Shown: in pieces, positions 46,473 through 57,120 of the stretch
How the letters are laid out: every line of letters starts with the position of its first letter
Position numbering within the stretch: the stretch's first letter is position 1
NCBI GenBank assembly: GCA_963733195.1
Contig: CAVTCR010000074.1
Coordinates: forward strand, 1-64,000
Origin: an uncultured delta proteobacterium
GTDB lineage: Bacteria > Desulfobacterota > Binatia > Bin18
DNA length: 64,000 nucleotides
Direction: 5' to 3'
Notes under the pieces: generated by a model
Told to the model about the DNA's origin: nothing
The model's database searches: none
The model's input: the letters and a program-made list of their open reading frames with translations, nothing else
Made by a program: the position numbers and the translations under genes

Positions 46473-48739
46473 GGGGGTGCGGGAGGCGTTCCCTCTTCCT
46501 GTCGCAACCGTTCCAGCTCTGCCTCGATGATCGTATTCGCAACCTGCGTCTCGGTCGCTTCAGCGCTGGCTTCTTTGACGAGGCTGTCACGGGCATAGGT
46601 TTCGAAGATCTCTTTCTTACCACGCAATACTTCAAGTAGACGCTCATCGACCGTGTTGCGCGCCAGTAAGCGATGGACGACGACGCGTCGCGTTTGCCCC
46701 ATACGGTGAGCGCGAGCAATAGCTTGATCTTCAGCTGTAGCCTTCCACTGCGGTTCCATTAGCACCACGGCTGACGCGGCTTGCAGGTTGAGTCCAACGC
46801 CACCAGCTTGAATCTGTGCAGGCAGCACACGAAAACCAGGGGTTTTTTGAAACTCGTCAACAATGTGCATACGCTCGGCAGGCGAAGCGGCCCCAGTAAT
46901 CACTTCTGGTGCTTCGCATTGCTGACGAACCGCTTCAAGGACATCGAGGAAGAATGAGAAAACCAACACTTTCTGTTCGGTTTCCCGGTACTCATCCAGC
47001 AGCTCACCGAGTCGGACCAGCTTGGCCGATTGTCCATCATCTTTGCCGATAGTGGCCGTCCGCCGCATCGCCATCATGTTCTTGGCGCGAACAGCAGCTT
47101 TGTAGACTTCTTTATCAGCAGCCGTGAGATCGACCCATTCTTCTTTTTCGATCTTCTCTGGCAACTCGCGTAACACATCTTCTTGGTTGCGACGAAGATA
47201 CAGTGGCGCAACCGTCTCGTGAAAGCGTTGTCGCTCAACCCCAGCCCGGAGCAAGCCATAATTGATGAGCTTCAGTTTCATCGCTACTTCTGGATTGAGC
47301 AGGCTAACCAAACTGTGGAATTCTTGGACGCGATTCTCTAGCGGCGTCCCGGTCATAAAGCAAGCCCTTCGAGCACACGGCACCATCTCTTTCACTGCCC
47401 GTGAGCGACTCGCCTCAGGATTCTTCGCGTAATGCGCTTCATCGACCACTAGGAAATCTATCATCAGATTGCGGCGGCTTAACGCACCATCAACATCATC
47501 GGTGCGAAACGCTTCATACGAAGTCACTGCCACACCACCACGTTCCAACCAAGTGAGCAATTCTTTGTGTCTTTGTGGACCATGCATGAGATACCCAGAG
47601 AGCGAAGTCCGCGTGCGAATCTCCCGGAGCCAGTTGCCAAGAATACTGGCCGGTGCGACAACTAAGAATCGATTCACTTCTTCGGCAATGCTGAGATGGA
47701 CCATCGCAGCGAGCGCCTCGATAGTTTTACCCAAGCCCATTTCATCGCCAAGAATGGTCTTTTGTTGGACGATGAGGTATTTCGCTCCAAACTGCTGATA
47801 GCGACGCAGCGCAATTTTCATTCCTTCGCTTCTCAGCGTCAGCCCTTCGACTTGCTGAGCAATCCCCTCGGGGAGTCTCCCTTCAATGTGTTCGCGGTCA
47901 CTCACTACGGTCGTAGGGGCCCCATCCAAGGCCGATTCAATAGTAGCGCAGTAGTCAGCATAACGAGCACGAAAGTCTTCTAACAACTCAAGGGACATAG
48001 GTTGCGGCTTGGCCATTAGCGTCGCACAACGTTCATGGGCCTCACGGATCAGTTTTGTCAGATCCTCCGACTCCGCCTCTTTCACTAATTGTTGGGCGTT
48101 CTGTGAAATCACACTCCGTCGCGCTTGATCGTTTCTCCACCAACGGAAGAATGACGATTCCTCAAGTATCGGCCCAAGCCGTTCATTCAGAGTGTGATAT
48201 TTCTGTTCAAGAGCTGCAACGACATCGGCCACTGCTTCACGGGCGCGGATTACGGCGGCAGCTCGCTGGACTAGGCGTTCACCGTCTTTGTCCAGCATAT
48301 CAGGCGCAGGGAGCGACACTGCCTCACTAAGAATTTTCTCGCGAACTTTACGAGCAGCACCAAGTACGCTTTCTGCTGTTCCCTCACCTACTCCCGGAAT
48401 TGTCAGCAGTTGTTCCTTTGACTTGGCCACAAGATCAGCCAGAGTGTGAATGCCACCATCGCGTAATGCCATCCAACGAACACCGGAAACACCTATGTCC
48501 TTCAATGATTCGACAGGAATGGCCGTCAGACGTGCGGTACGCAGTTGGTCGGCATAGGCATGTGCCTCTTTTTTCAATGCCGCAGTTGCCAAGTCGAGCG
48601 GACTGCGAGCAAGAAAGACTTCACGCTCCAGCCGCTCAACTGCCTCACGTGCGGCGACGCGTGCACGACCGCGCGAGGTAAGAGCAAACGAGCCCCAGAA
48701 CGAACCAGCGACTAATACTTGCACGAGTAATGCCAACAT
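46466..48739 (-). CDS. SNF2-family helicase with N-terminal hydrophobic segment and HhH domain
   Basis: GDEMGLGKT, DEAH, TGTPLEN, QAIARAHRMGQ; LLTIPGVGEGTA. Confidence 0.9.
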   Translation of the reverse strand: MLALLVQVLVAGSFWGSFALTSRGRARVAAREAVERLEREVFLARSPLDLATAALKKEAHAYADQLRTARLTAIPVESLKDIGVSGVRWMALRDGGIHTLADLVAKSKEQLLTIPGVGEGTAESVLGAARKVREKILSEAVSLPAPDMLDKDGERLVQRAAAVIRAREAVADVVAALEQKYHTLNERLGPILEESSFFRWWRNDQARRSVISQNAQQLVKEAESEDLTKLIREAHERCATLMAKPQPMSLELLEDFRARYADYCATIESALDGAPTTVVSDREHIEGRLPEGIAQQVEGLTLRSEGMKIALRRYQQFGAKYLIVQQKTILGDEMGLGKTIEALAAMVHLSIAEEVNRFLVVAPASILGNWLREIRTRTSLSGYLMHGPQRHKELLTWLERGGVAVTSYEAFRTDDVDGALSRRNLMIDFLVVDEAHYAKNPEASRSRAVKEMVPCARRACFMTGTPLENRVQEFHSLVSLLNPEVAMKLKLINYGLLRAGVERQRFHETVAPLYLRRNQEDVLRELPEKIEKEEWVDLTAADKEVYKAAVRAKNMMAMRRTATIGKDDGQSAKLVRLGELLDEYRETEQKVLVFSFFLDVLEAVRQQCEAPEVITGAASPAERMHIVDEFQKTPGFRVLPAQIQAGGVGLNLQAASAVVLMEPQWKATAEDQAIARAHRMGQTRRVVVHRLLARNTVDERLLEVLRGKKEIFETYARDSLVKEASAEATETQVANTIIEAELERLRQEEGTPPAPPQ

Positions 48740-48782
48740 AAGCTCAGGCTATGTCATTCTGAGTGGAACGAAGAATCTCTCT

Positions 48783-49303
48783 TTAGGTTCTTTGCAAAAG
48801 CAAGTCACTATATGACACAGCAACCAAATCATTCGGTGAGATTCGCAACAACTCAAGAAAGATATGGCATTGCGCAAGCAATTTCTCTCGTCCCAACGGT
48901 GCCATCCTTGATCAATCGCTTCGATTTCCGCGAACGTTCCTAACCCATCCACCGTATCGAGATGAAACTTTACGTTGTCAATAAAATAAATCTCTCGTTG
49001 TTTCTTCACAACGACAAGAATACCGAGCGACTGAGTCAGAATCTCTTTCAACCCACTCCCGGGAGTAGTGGGATACAGCGTCACCTGCGCTTGCTTGGGT
49101 CCTTCTTGATCTTCACGTTCATAATACACAAGCGCATTCTCAATGTTGCCTTCGCGCAGTTTGAGTCGCCCGCGTTCGACCTTGAAATAGGTATCAGTCT
49201 GATAATCAGTGCCACGAAAGTCTGCCCCCTGGGATCGCAGAATGTCACGAATCGCCTGAGGATTCGCGCAACGAGCTTTGATTTCGATATTGAGGTGGCT
49301 CAT
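48783..49303 (-). CDS. CYTH domain protein (class IV adenylate cyclase-like), C-terminal frameshift
   Basis: NIEIKAR, QTDTYF, RLKLRE, FAEIE. Confidence 0.88.
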
Positions 49304-49476
49304 GAGGAACGGAACTCATCAAGCGTAAAATGTAATCTTGCGAAGGAGAAAAGATCACGCAACACGCATTACCGATCACGCGTTCCGTGTTGCGTGGTAC
49401 GTGATTCGTAAAAGAGAGGCTGCAATGGGTTAGCCTTACAATCACGCCTTACGTTTCACGCTATACGCACTACGTT

Positions 49477-50283
49477 TTAGCGATTGTTAAACTTCCCTTC
49501 CCTCTTCTCACGAAACGCTGCGACAGCCTCACGCATGTCTTCGCTGGCAAAGGTTGCGAGCCCGAGGTGGGCATCGGCATAGGTAATGTCGCCAGCATGG
49601 TTGGTACTCAGCGCCTTGAAGAACTCCTTAGTCCGACGCAGTGCCATTGGTGGTTTGTTGAGGAGTTTCTGTGCAAAAGCTAACGTCGCGGATGGCAACT
49701 TCTCTAACGGCACGACTTGATTCACCAAACCGATAGTGAGTGCCTCTTCTGCAGTCACTTCATCACAAGTCATGACCAATTCTTTCGCTTTTGCCATACC
49801 GACCAAGTTAATCAGCCGGGAGATTGATCCCCACATATAGGGCACGCCCAGACGAACTTCGGGAATCCACATTCGTGAGCCAGCTGCAGCAATGCGAAAA
49901 TCACAGGCCATTGCCAAAGATACTCCACCACCTACGGCGAAACCGTTGACTGCCGCAATAGTGATCTGGTCTAGCCGTTCCCACTCGTCCATTACACGCC
50001 AACCAGTTTTCGCGCCGCGCAGCCGGGCTGTGTCACTTTGCTGTTTCAGCTTCTCGCTATCAACACTGGCAGACAACATATTCATGTCGGCCCCGACACA
50101 GAACGACCGTCCTTTGCCCGTGAGAATGATGACACGAGTCTCGTCGTCTTCCTGGAATTCCTGCGTAATCGCCAGGATCTCACGCATCACTTTTTCGTTA
50201 ATTGGATTGAGTTTTTCTGGACGATTGAAGTAAACTGTCGCAATCGGCCCCGACCGCTCAACGATGAATGTTTCGTATGCCAT
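49477..50283 (-). CDS. Enoyl-CoA hydratase/isomerase family
   Basis: NRPEKLN, FCVGADM, AAVNGFAVGGG, CDFRIA. Confidence 0.93.
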   Translation of the reverse strand: MAYETFIVERSGPIATVYFNRPEKLNPINEKVMREILAITQEFQEDDETRVIILTGKGRSFCVGADMNMLSASVDSEKLKQQSDTARLRGAKTGWRVMDEWERLDQITIAAVNGFAVGGGVSLAMACDFRIAAAGSRMWIPEVRLGVPYMWGSISRLINLVGMAKAKELVMTCDEVTAEEALTIGLVNQVVPLEKLPSATLAFAQKLLNKPPMALRRTKEFFKALSTNHAGDITYADAHLGLATFASEDMREAVAAFREKREGKFNNR

Positions 50284-50357
50284 GCTTCCTCCTAGACCTC
50301 GGGCTTCGGACCCTGGACTTCTTTTTCTCTGATTCTGGATCCTTAGACGCTGGACAG

Positions 50358-51110
50358 TTAGTGTGCGGTAAACCCACCATCAATCACTAACTCCGACCCT
50401 GTCACAAACGAGGACTCGTCACTCGCCAAATAGAGTACGCCATAGGCGATATCCTCGGAGGTACCGACGCGTCCGAGTGGATGGGCTTGAACAAGTGACT
50501 GTCCCCCTTCTTGAGCCAACAGTCCCCGCACCATTTCTGTATCTACGACTCCAGGATGAACTGAGTTAATGCGAATGTGGTCCTTGGCATACTCAATCGC
50601 TGCGGTCTTGGTAAGAATGCGGACGGCTCCTTTAGTTCCATGATAGGCAGCCGCCATACCAGTACCGATAATGCCAGCACCGGAAGAAATATTGATGATC
50701 GAGCCACCGCCGGAGTTCCGCATAGCAGGAACCGCGTATTTCATTCCCAGCCAGGTACCGGTTTGGTTGACGGCAATCACTCGATTCCACAACTCCATGC
50801 TCGTCGCCTCCACCCCTTCAGTATGGAAGATGCCAGCATTGTTCACCAAAATATTGAGCTTGCCGTAGGTTCGCACAGTGGTATCGACGGCGGTCTGCCA
50901 ATCAGTTTCTTTAGTCACATCGAGTTTTACGAAGGTTGCTTGTCCGCCTTGTTTGACAATATCCGCAGCGACCTTCTGTCCCTGTTCGACGAGAATATCA
51001 CCAAGGACAACTTGGGCGCCTTCTTTCACAAACATTCGCGCTTCGGTTTCGCCTTGTCCGCGCGCACCTCCAGAAATCAGCGCAACTTTTCCAGTTAATC
51101 GTCCGGCCAT
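50358..51110 (-). CDS. SDR oxidoreductase (3-alpha,20-beta-HSD-like)
   Basis: GGARGQG, NNAG, YHGTK, NSVHPG. Confidence 0.93.
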   Translation of the reverse strand: MAGRLTGKVALISGGARGQGETEARMFVKEGAQVVLGDILVEQGQKVAADIVKQGGQATFVKLDVTKETDWQTAVDTTVRTYGKLNILVNNAGIFHTEGVEATSMELWNRVIAVNQTGTWLGMKYAVPAMRNSGGGSIINISSGAGIIGTGMAAAYHGTKGAVRILTKTAAIEYAKDHIRINSVHPGVVDTEMVRGLLAQEGGQSLVQAHPLGRVGTSEDIAYGVLYLASDESSFVTGSELVIDGGFTAH

Positions 51111-51160
51111 AATCATCCTCCTTTCACTCACCCGAGTAACCAGTAGTCAGCATTCAGTAG

Positions 51161-51331
51161 TTAGATGTGGGTGTTCAGATCGATATCAGGATTCGCCAAG
51201 TGCGAGCGTTCACCCAAGCCAGTTAATGTTGGTGTAAACACCTCATGTCCAGCAGCGCGAAGTAAGGGGGCAACACGGTTCCAGCACCAGCCACCATGCC
51301 ACGCGCCGTGAACGAGAACATAAGTTGCCAT
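51161..51331 (-). pseudogene. Truncated alpha/beta hydrolase (N-terminal 56 codons)
   Basis: VLVHGAWHGGWCW...PTLTGLGER, then a stop; no room for the remainder. Confidence 0.8.
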
Positions 51332-51465
51332 AGGGTTCTCCTCTCTCTCGGCCTGGACCATAGCAAAGAACACTACTCTCTTCCAATCCGCATTCCGCAT
51401 TCATCATTTCCTCTTGACCCTTGCTTTTCGCTCATTGGTAGGAGAAAAAGAAGCCAAAGGAGGGT

Positions 51466-52089
51466 ATGCCAATGACAAATCTTGCCCGCAAACAAGAACC
51501 TGCCTACACTGTCGAACAACTCGCTGCTGATGTCGAAGCGATCGTCGCCCGCGAACGTGAGCATGCACAGATCGTCCCTGCTGTGGAGCCATTGCTTGCA
51601 CGCTTGCTGACAGCACAAACGTTGCCAGAACAGTATTGTCGCCCGGCTGAGGGACGGGTGGCAACCGAGCATCAGGATTTCACCGTCTATCGGCTGTACC
51701 GTGGCCCAAAGGATTGCTTCAACATCATGGTCGCCATTTGGCCATCCGGTGGATCAAGCGGCGTCCACGATCATGCCGGCAAATGGGTCGTCGAGGGCGT
51801 GTATCGCAACAAGCTACACACTATTCGTTACAAACGAACAGATAATAAATCACAACCAGGCCATGCAGAATTACGTGAATCGATCGCACTCGACCTGCAT
51901 CCTGGCGATGTCGCGCATGTCCTCTCGCCTCACGAGGAGATTCACGATTTCATCAACCCAACCCAGACACCGACAGTGAGTGTGCACATTTACGGTGGCG
52001 ACATCAGTACCGAGACGCTGAATTACTTCAATCCTCAAGCCAAGACTGTCGAGCAAGTCACGCACGAGATTCGGTACGATAACGAGTAG
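51466..52089 (+). CDS. Cysteine dioxygenase family cupin
   Basis: W..G..SGVHDH...W, EIH, VSVHIYG. Confidence 0.85.
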   Translation: MPMTNLARKQEPAYTVEQLAADVEAIVAREREHAQIVPAVEPLLARLLTAQTLPEQYCRPAEGRVATEHQDFTVYRLYRGPKDCFNIMVAIWPSGGSSGVHDHAGKWVVEGVYRNKLHTIRYKRTDNKSQPGHAELRESIALDLHPGDVAHVLSPHEEIHDFINPTQTPTVSVHIYGGDISTETLNYFNPQAKTVEQVTHEIRYDNE

Positions 52090-52289
52090 GCGCTGCGCTA
52101 CTCAAAGTTCTATGCTGACCAAAGAAGGGGACAGTGCAGAGCCACACGAGCGATGGTGCGTCTGCGACCTGCTACGGCTGATATCGGGCTATTCGGCCAA
52201 ATTGGCGGCCTATGTCGGCGCAAAAACCCTTGCCATACTCACTACGAGTGGTGGATATTACAGTAGGTTTTGTCGTTTCCTGTAGGTGA

Positions 52290-53102
52290 ATGGAAATCGA
52301 GCTATACGGCCAGTTAGATGGCAGCTTACTCAATAGTTGGGCGGAAACCCTGCGCATGAATGAAAGCGAGTTCCAGCAACTGTGTTCCCTGTACGAAACG
52401 CGCCTGCGCCTTTTAAAGAATCCAGTCTGCGTTAGGTGCGACGCTAAGATACGCAATCCCCTTGCAGTTTGGCATGTCGGCTCGGAATTCCGCGCATCAA
52501 AGATTCGACTGCTCTTCGTCGGCAAGCCCCATCGTGGGAAGCCAGGGATCATCCGGCCTTCGGGTCTGATCGATCCGCGTGAGCGGGTTAAGGAGCTCCG
52601 TCACATGTCCTGGCCTTATTGGAACTAATACCGTGGAGATTTCCAAGTTGCTGTTCGGGACATCAGAACAGGGTGGGAGCGCATCGCTTTCGCCAATCTC
52701 GTGAAATGTACAAATGTGGGCAGCGACGAGGCCTCCGCAGATCAGACCACAGACTTGATGGTCCGTTCGTGCGCCCTGGACCTGGGTGTAATATCGGCGG
52801 AGATCGAGTTGCTGCAGCCCACTCACATCGTTTTTTACACGGGGAAGCTCTTTCCAGATATCCTGGAGGTACTTCCAATTGAAGGCAAGCGGGCTTGGCG
52901 AGACATCGAAAAAAGCACCGTGAAATGTGGACAGAAGAAACTCTCGTGGTGGGAGCGGGAAATCACCACATCATGGGGCAACATGCGTGTTCTGATTACA
53001 GGACATCCCGAGCGAATGGAAAAAGTTTCCTATACCCAAATGATAGCCGGGTGGGCTCGTCAATCCGGCTCACTAAGCGCTTCTGCCCACGTGCGCCGGT
53101 GA
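52290..53102 (+). CDS. Uracil-DNA glycosylase superfamily-like protein (apparent stop at 52626 from probable compensating indels)
   Basis: LLFVGK, IAFANLVKC, EIELLQPTHIVF, GHPER. Confidence 0.55.
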
Positions 53103-53174
53103 GGAATTTTTATAGCGCGCATGGCAGAACGTGAGCGTCCGGCAGTTATTCTAAAATCAATAAGGAGGACTCTT

Positions 53175-53737
53175 ATGGCAGGTGCTGATGAGTCCGAAGG
53201 TATGCTGAAGCCAGCAGATTCACCAACCGACATTCTGGCCCCTGTCTTTGCGAACACGAACCTCTCTCTGCTCGACATGGTCAAGCTCCAAGCCAGGTGC
53301 GCGTTCCTGTACTCAAAGCCTTTCGGGACGAGCTAGGCGCGGCGCGGGCGAATCAGATAGCGAGTACCGCACTGCGCGAGTGGTCACGAAAGCTCTACCG
53401 TGACATCGGTGCGCAGATCTCTGGCAGCCCGCGGCAAAAATGGGAAGCGATCAACACCGCCGCCATCCCGCGGATTGGCAATGCCGTCGATATCGAGATG
53501 CTTAAGCAAGAACCGGACGCCGTAGAGTTCAATATTACCGGGTGCCGCTATGCGGATTTCTTCCGCCAATTGGGAGAACCGGAACTCGGGGCGGTGTTGC
53601 TCTGTGATGTAGATGTTGACATTGAGGCCGTGGGAGGTCCCGAGGTCAAAATGACCCGAACCCAAACGATCATGAAGGGGGCGAAGTATTGTGACTTTCG
53701 CTACCAGCTAAAGACGGGCGGCGGGATGGAGAAGTGA
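53175..53737 (+). CDS. L-2-amino-thiazoline-4-carboxylic acid hydrolase-like protein (frameshifted)
   Basis: FNITGCRYADFF..LGEPELG..LLC, RTQTIMKGAKYCDFRY. Confidence 0.8.
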
Positions 53738-54115
53738 ATAATCCATGAATTACACGACTTGGAAGGTTAGCGGCGCGAGCCCGTGGAACACGGTTAGAGG
53801 ATCTCTTCCCGGACTCATCCATTCTGAAGAGGAAGGGCACGTGATGCTATCGATCGGTGGGAGTACCAAGCAGCAGAAACGATTCGCAAAGGGCTGCTCT
53901 CGGATCGGGATTTATTTCGGCGGGCGGAAGGGGTTGAGCAATGTCAGTCGGTATGTGACGGGGAATGATTGTCAGTCCGAACACGACGGGGCAAGGAATT
54001 TATGCGAATCAAGTGTGAGCAAGAGCACAAAGGGGAGCAGCATAAGGACAGAGTTTCTTGGTGAAATGAAGACCGCTGTCGGGTGGATCAAGACCCACCC
54101 GACATAACGACCAGC

Positions 54116-54445
54116 TCACTTATGTTCCATCGCATGCATAGCGATTGAGCTATGTGCAAACGATCCCCCAGCACGCAATGCCATTGCGACGAAAATGCTT
54201 TCTGCAACTTCCTGCTCTGTGGCTCCTGCCGCGATCGCTTTCTTGGTGTGAACGTCAATGCAGTAGGGACACTGTGTTACATGACCGACGGCGATCGCGA
54301 TCAGCTCTTTCGTTTTCACATTCAGTGCGCCTTCTTCAAAAGCTTTCTTGTCGAAGTCAACAAACGCTTTGAAGACATCGGGCTTCAAGTCTCGGAGCTT
54401 CTTTAACTCCTTAGTTCCGTCGGTTGGATACAAATAATCGGCCAT
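54116..54445 (-). CDS. Carboxymuconolactone decarboxylase/AhpD family
   Basis: KTKELIAIAV, CPYCIDVH. Confidence 0.9.
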   Translation of the reverse strand: MADYLYPTDGTKELKKLRDLKPDVFKAFVDFDKKAFEEGALNVKTKELIAIAVGHVTQCPYCIDVHTKKAIAAGATEQEVAESIFVAMALRAGGSFAHSSIAMHAMEHK

Positions 54446-54615
54446 GATTTGTCCTCCTTTCGGTGGGATATTGCATGTTACATGATGCGTGGTACATGAC
54501 ATGCTCGCGTATCACGTATTGCCCTTACACCCAACCCCCAATCCCGGTCTTCGGCCTCTAGCCCCCGCTCTCGTCTTTTCCTATAATCCGCCCGCCGTAT
54601 TCAGAGGGGTGTTCT

Positions 54616-55800
54616 ATGGACTTTGACTATTCGCCACAAGAAGAGTCGTTCCGCACGGAGCTGCGTACCTGGTTGGAGAAGAATCTTCCGGAGGAATACT
54701 ACCCAGAGATGTTTGAGACATTGGGTGAGGAGGAGCGTTTCCAAATCCAACTCAAATGGCAGAAGAAGCTGCACGCGGCTGGCTGGATCGGTGTTCATTG
54801 GCCAAAAGAATATGGTGGTCGTGGCGCGACGGTGGTCGAGCAAGCCATCTATCAACAGGAGATGGCACGGGTGCGTGCGCCTGGTGTAGCCAATCCGCTA
54901 GGTATTTCTATCGTCGGTCCGACACTGATGCACTGGGGTACTGAAGAGCAAAAGAAGCGCTACGTGCCGAAAATTCTCAGTGCGGAAGAGATTTGGTGCC
55001 AGGGGTACTCTGAGCCAGGTTCAGGATCTGACTTCGCTTCGTTGCAAACGCGGGCGGTTGAAGACGGTGATTACTTTGTTATTAACGGTCAAAAAGTCTG
55101 GACCAGCTACGCGCATAAAGCGCATCGTTGCATCCTCGTCGTTCGCACTGATCTTGACGCGCCGAAACACAAGGGATTATCTTATCTCTTAGTAGACATG
55201 AAATCACCCGGCGTGACTGTACGACCATTGGTGCAAATTACTGGTGATGCGGAGTTTAATGAAGTCTTCTTTGAAGATGTGCGTGTGCCTAAAGCGAATA
55301 TCGTTGGCGAGAAGAACCAAGGCTGGCAAGTTGCTGTGACTACGCTCATGTTCGAGCGCGTCAATTTCAGCGTCATTTATCAAATGGAGCCTATGTTGCG
55401 GCGGTTGGGTGATCTCGCCAAACGATTACGGGTAAACGGCTACACGGCAGCAGAAGATCCAGCCGTGCGACAGAAGCTGGCGCAATTCTCACTAGAAGCG
55501 CAGGCCATTAAGCTCAATGGCTTTAGGCAACTGACCAAGCAACTCAAAGGCAATCCACCCGGCCCGGAAGGTTCGATCGGCAAACTCGCAGCCAGTGAGT
55601 TATATATTCGGATTGCGCACTTCGCGGCGGAAATGCTGGGACCATATAGCCAGATGGCATTAGGAGAAGAGCGCGGATTCGATGGTGGGTATTGGTCACA
55701 ACGAGCGCTGGCCTCGCGGTTGTATACCATCGCCGGTGGGACCTCAGAAGTGATGCGGAACATCGTCGGGGATCGCGTCCTTGCACTACCAAAGGGATGA
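54616..55800 (+). CDS. Acyl-CoA dehydrogenase
   Basis: WCQGYSEPGSGSD, NGQKVWTS, FNEVFF, TIAGGTSE. Confidence 0.95.
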   Translation: MDFDYSPQEESFRTELRTWLEKNLPEEYYPEMFETLGEEERFQIQLKWQKKLHAAGWIGVHWPKEYGGRGATVVEQAIYQQEMARVRAPGVANPLGISIVGPTLMHWGTEEQKKRYVPKILSAEEIWCQGYSEPGSGSDFASLQTRAVEDGDYFVINGQKVWTSYAHKAHRCILVVRTDLDAPKHKGLSYLLVDMKSPGVTVRPLVQITGDAEFNEVFFEDVRVPKANIVGEKNQGWQVAVTTLMFERVNFSVIYQMEPMLRRLGDLAKRLRVNGYTAAEDPAVRQKLAQFSLEAQAIKLNGFRQLTKQLKGNPPGPEGSIGKLAASELYIRIAHFAAEMLGPYSQMALGEERGFDGGYWSQRALASRLYTIAGGTSEVMRNIVGDRVLALPKG

Positions 55801-55908
55801 AAGTAATGAGCTATGAGTAATGAGCGACGACTGAAGAAGGGGGGAAGGTCTTGGTTTTTCCACTGGATGCTCGGAGCTCAGTCCTCATAGCTATTTTAAG
55901 GGGGAATC

Positions 55909-57042
55909 ATGAATTTCGGTTTTACAGAAGATCAAGAAGCACTGCGCGAGGCAACACGGAAGTTCCTCGATAACGAATGCCCAACCACATTCGTGCGCAA
56001 AATGATGGCTGATGACACAGCGCATGCAACTGAGCTGTGGAAGAAGATCGCTCAGCTTGGCTGGTTAGGTATTATCGTGCCAGAAGACTTCGGTGGCAGC
56101 GGTGGCAGCTTCCTCGATCTCGTGGTGATTTTGGAAGAAGCAGGCAAATCGCTGTTGCCTGGGCCGTTCTTTGCCTCGGCGCTGTTAGGGACAACGACAA
56201 TCTTAGGTGGAGGTTCAACCAGTCAGAAAGAGGCTTTACTGCCTAAGATTGTCGAAGGAAATCATATTGTGACGTTAGCGTTAGCTGAGAAGAGCGGGCG
56301 TTATGATGCCGAGGGAGTGAAGTTGTTAGCAGAAGCAAAAGGCAATGACTTCGTGCTCTCAGGTGAGAAGATGTTCGTGCCGGACGCACATGTCTCTGAC
56401 CAGATCATTGTTGCTGCGCGCACTGGTGGCAAGGGAGAAGATGGGATCACGTTGTTTCTTGTTGATGCCAAGACACCGGGCGTGAGCATCTCACAACTTA
56501 AGACTGTCGATATGACTCGCCGTCAGTGCCATGTCGCATTACAGGATGTTCCTGTGGCGCGGGCGCAGGTGCTAGGCGAAGTGGGCAAAGGATGGCCGGT
56601 ACTTCGTCGCGTGCTCGATCAAGCGATGGCTGGGCTCTGTGCTGAGATGATCGGAGTTGGGCAACAAGCGCTTGATATGGCGGTCAGCTATGCCAAAGAA
56701 CGCGTCCAGTTCGGCAAGCCGATCGGTAGTTTCCAAGCCGTAAAACACAAATGCGTCGATATGATGGTGCAAGTGGAGAACGCACGCTCCCTCACCTACT
56801 ATGCAGCGTGGACGGTTGATGAGAATGTCGCCGAAGCAAAACAGGCAGTGCCAATGGCAAAAGCGTATTGCAGTGACATGGGCAAAACCGTGACTAGTGA
56901 GGCGATTCAAGTACATGGGGGTATCGGCTTCACCTGGGAGCATGACATGCATCTTTTCTATCGTCGCGCACTTGCAGGAGAAGCCGCGTTTGGTAGTGCG
57001 CCAGTACATCGGGAAGTAGTGGCGCAGACGCTGAATCTGTAG
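55909..57042 (+). CDS. Acyl-CoA dehydrogenase (probable partner subunit)
   Basis: RVQFGKPIGSFQAVKH, QVHGGIGFTWEHD. Confidence 0.93.
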   Translation: MNFGFTEDQEALREATRKFLDNECPTTFVRKMMADDTAHATELWKKIAQLGWLGIIVPEDFGGSGGSFLDLVVILEEAGKSLLPGPFFASALLGTTTILGGGSTSQKEALLPKIVEGNHIVTLALAEKSGRYDAEGVKLLAEAKGNDFVLSGEKMFVPDAHVSDQIIVAARTGGKGEDGITLFLVDAKTPGVSISQLKTVDMTRRQCHVALQDVPVARAQVLGEVGKGWPVLRRVLDQAMAGLCAEMIGVGQQALDMAVSYAKERVQFGKPIGSFQAVKHKCVDMMVQVENARSLTYYAAWTVDENVAEAKQAVPMAKAYCSDMGKTVTSEAIQVHGGIGFTWEHDMHLFYRRALAGEAAFGSAPVHREVVAQTLNL

Positions 57043-57120
57043 GGAAGTAGTCAGTAGCCAGTAGAAAGAATATGTAGCCCCATGCTGACTACTGAATGCT
57101 GACTACTAGCTACTTTTTGT

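Noticed and set aside
52626-52628. In-frame TAA as stop-codon recoding
   Set aside because: The +1 frame gives a plausible TVEISKLLFGTSEQG bridge, so two compensating indels are the simpler explanation.
53800-54107. 120-aa ORF 53745-54107
   Set aside because: No motif or convincing RBS; it ends in a REP-like palindrome (54077-54104).
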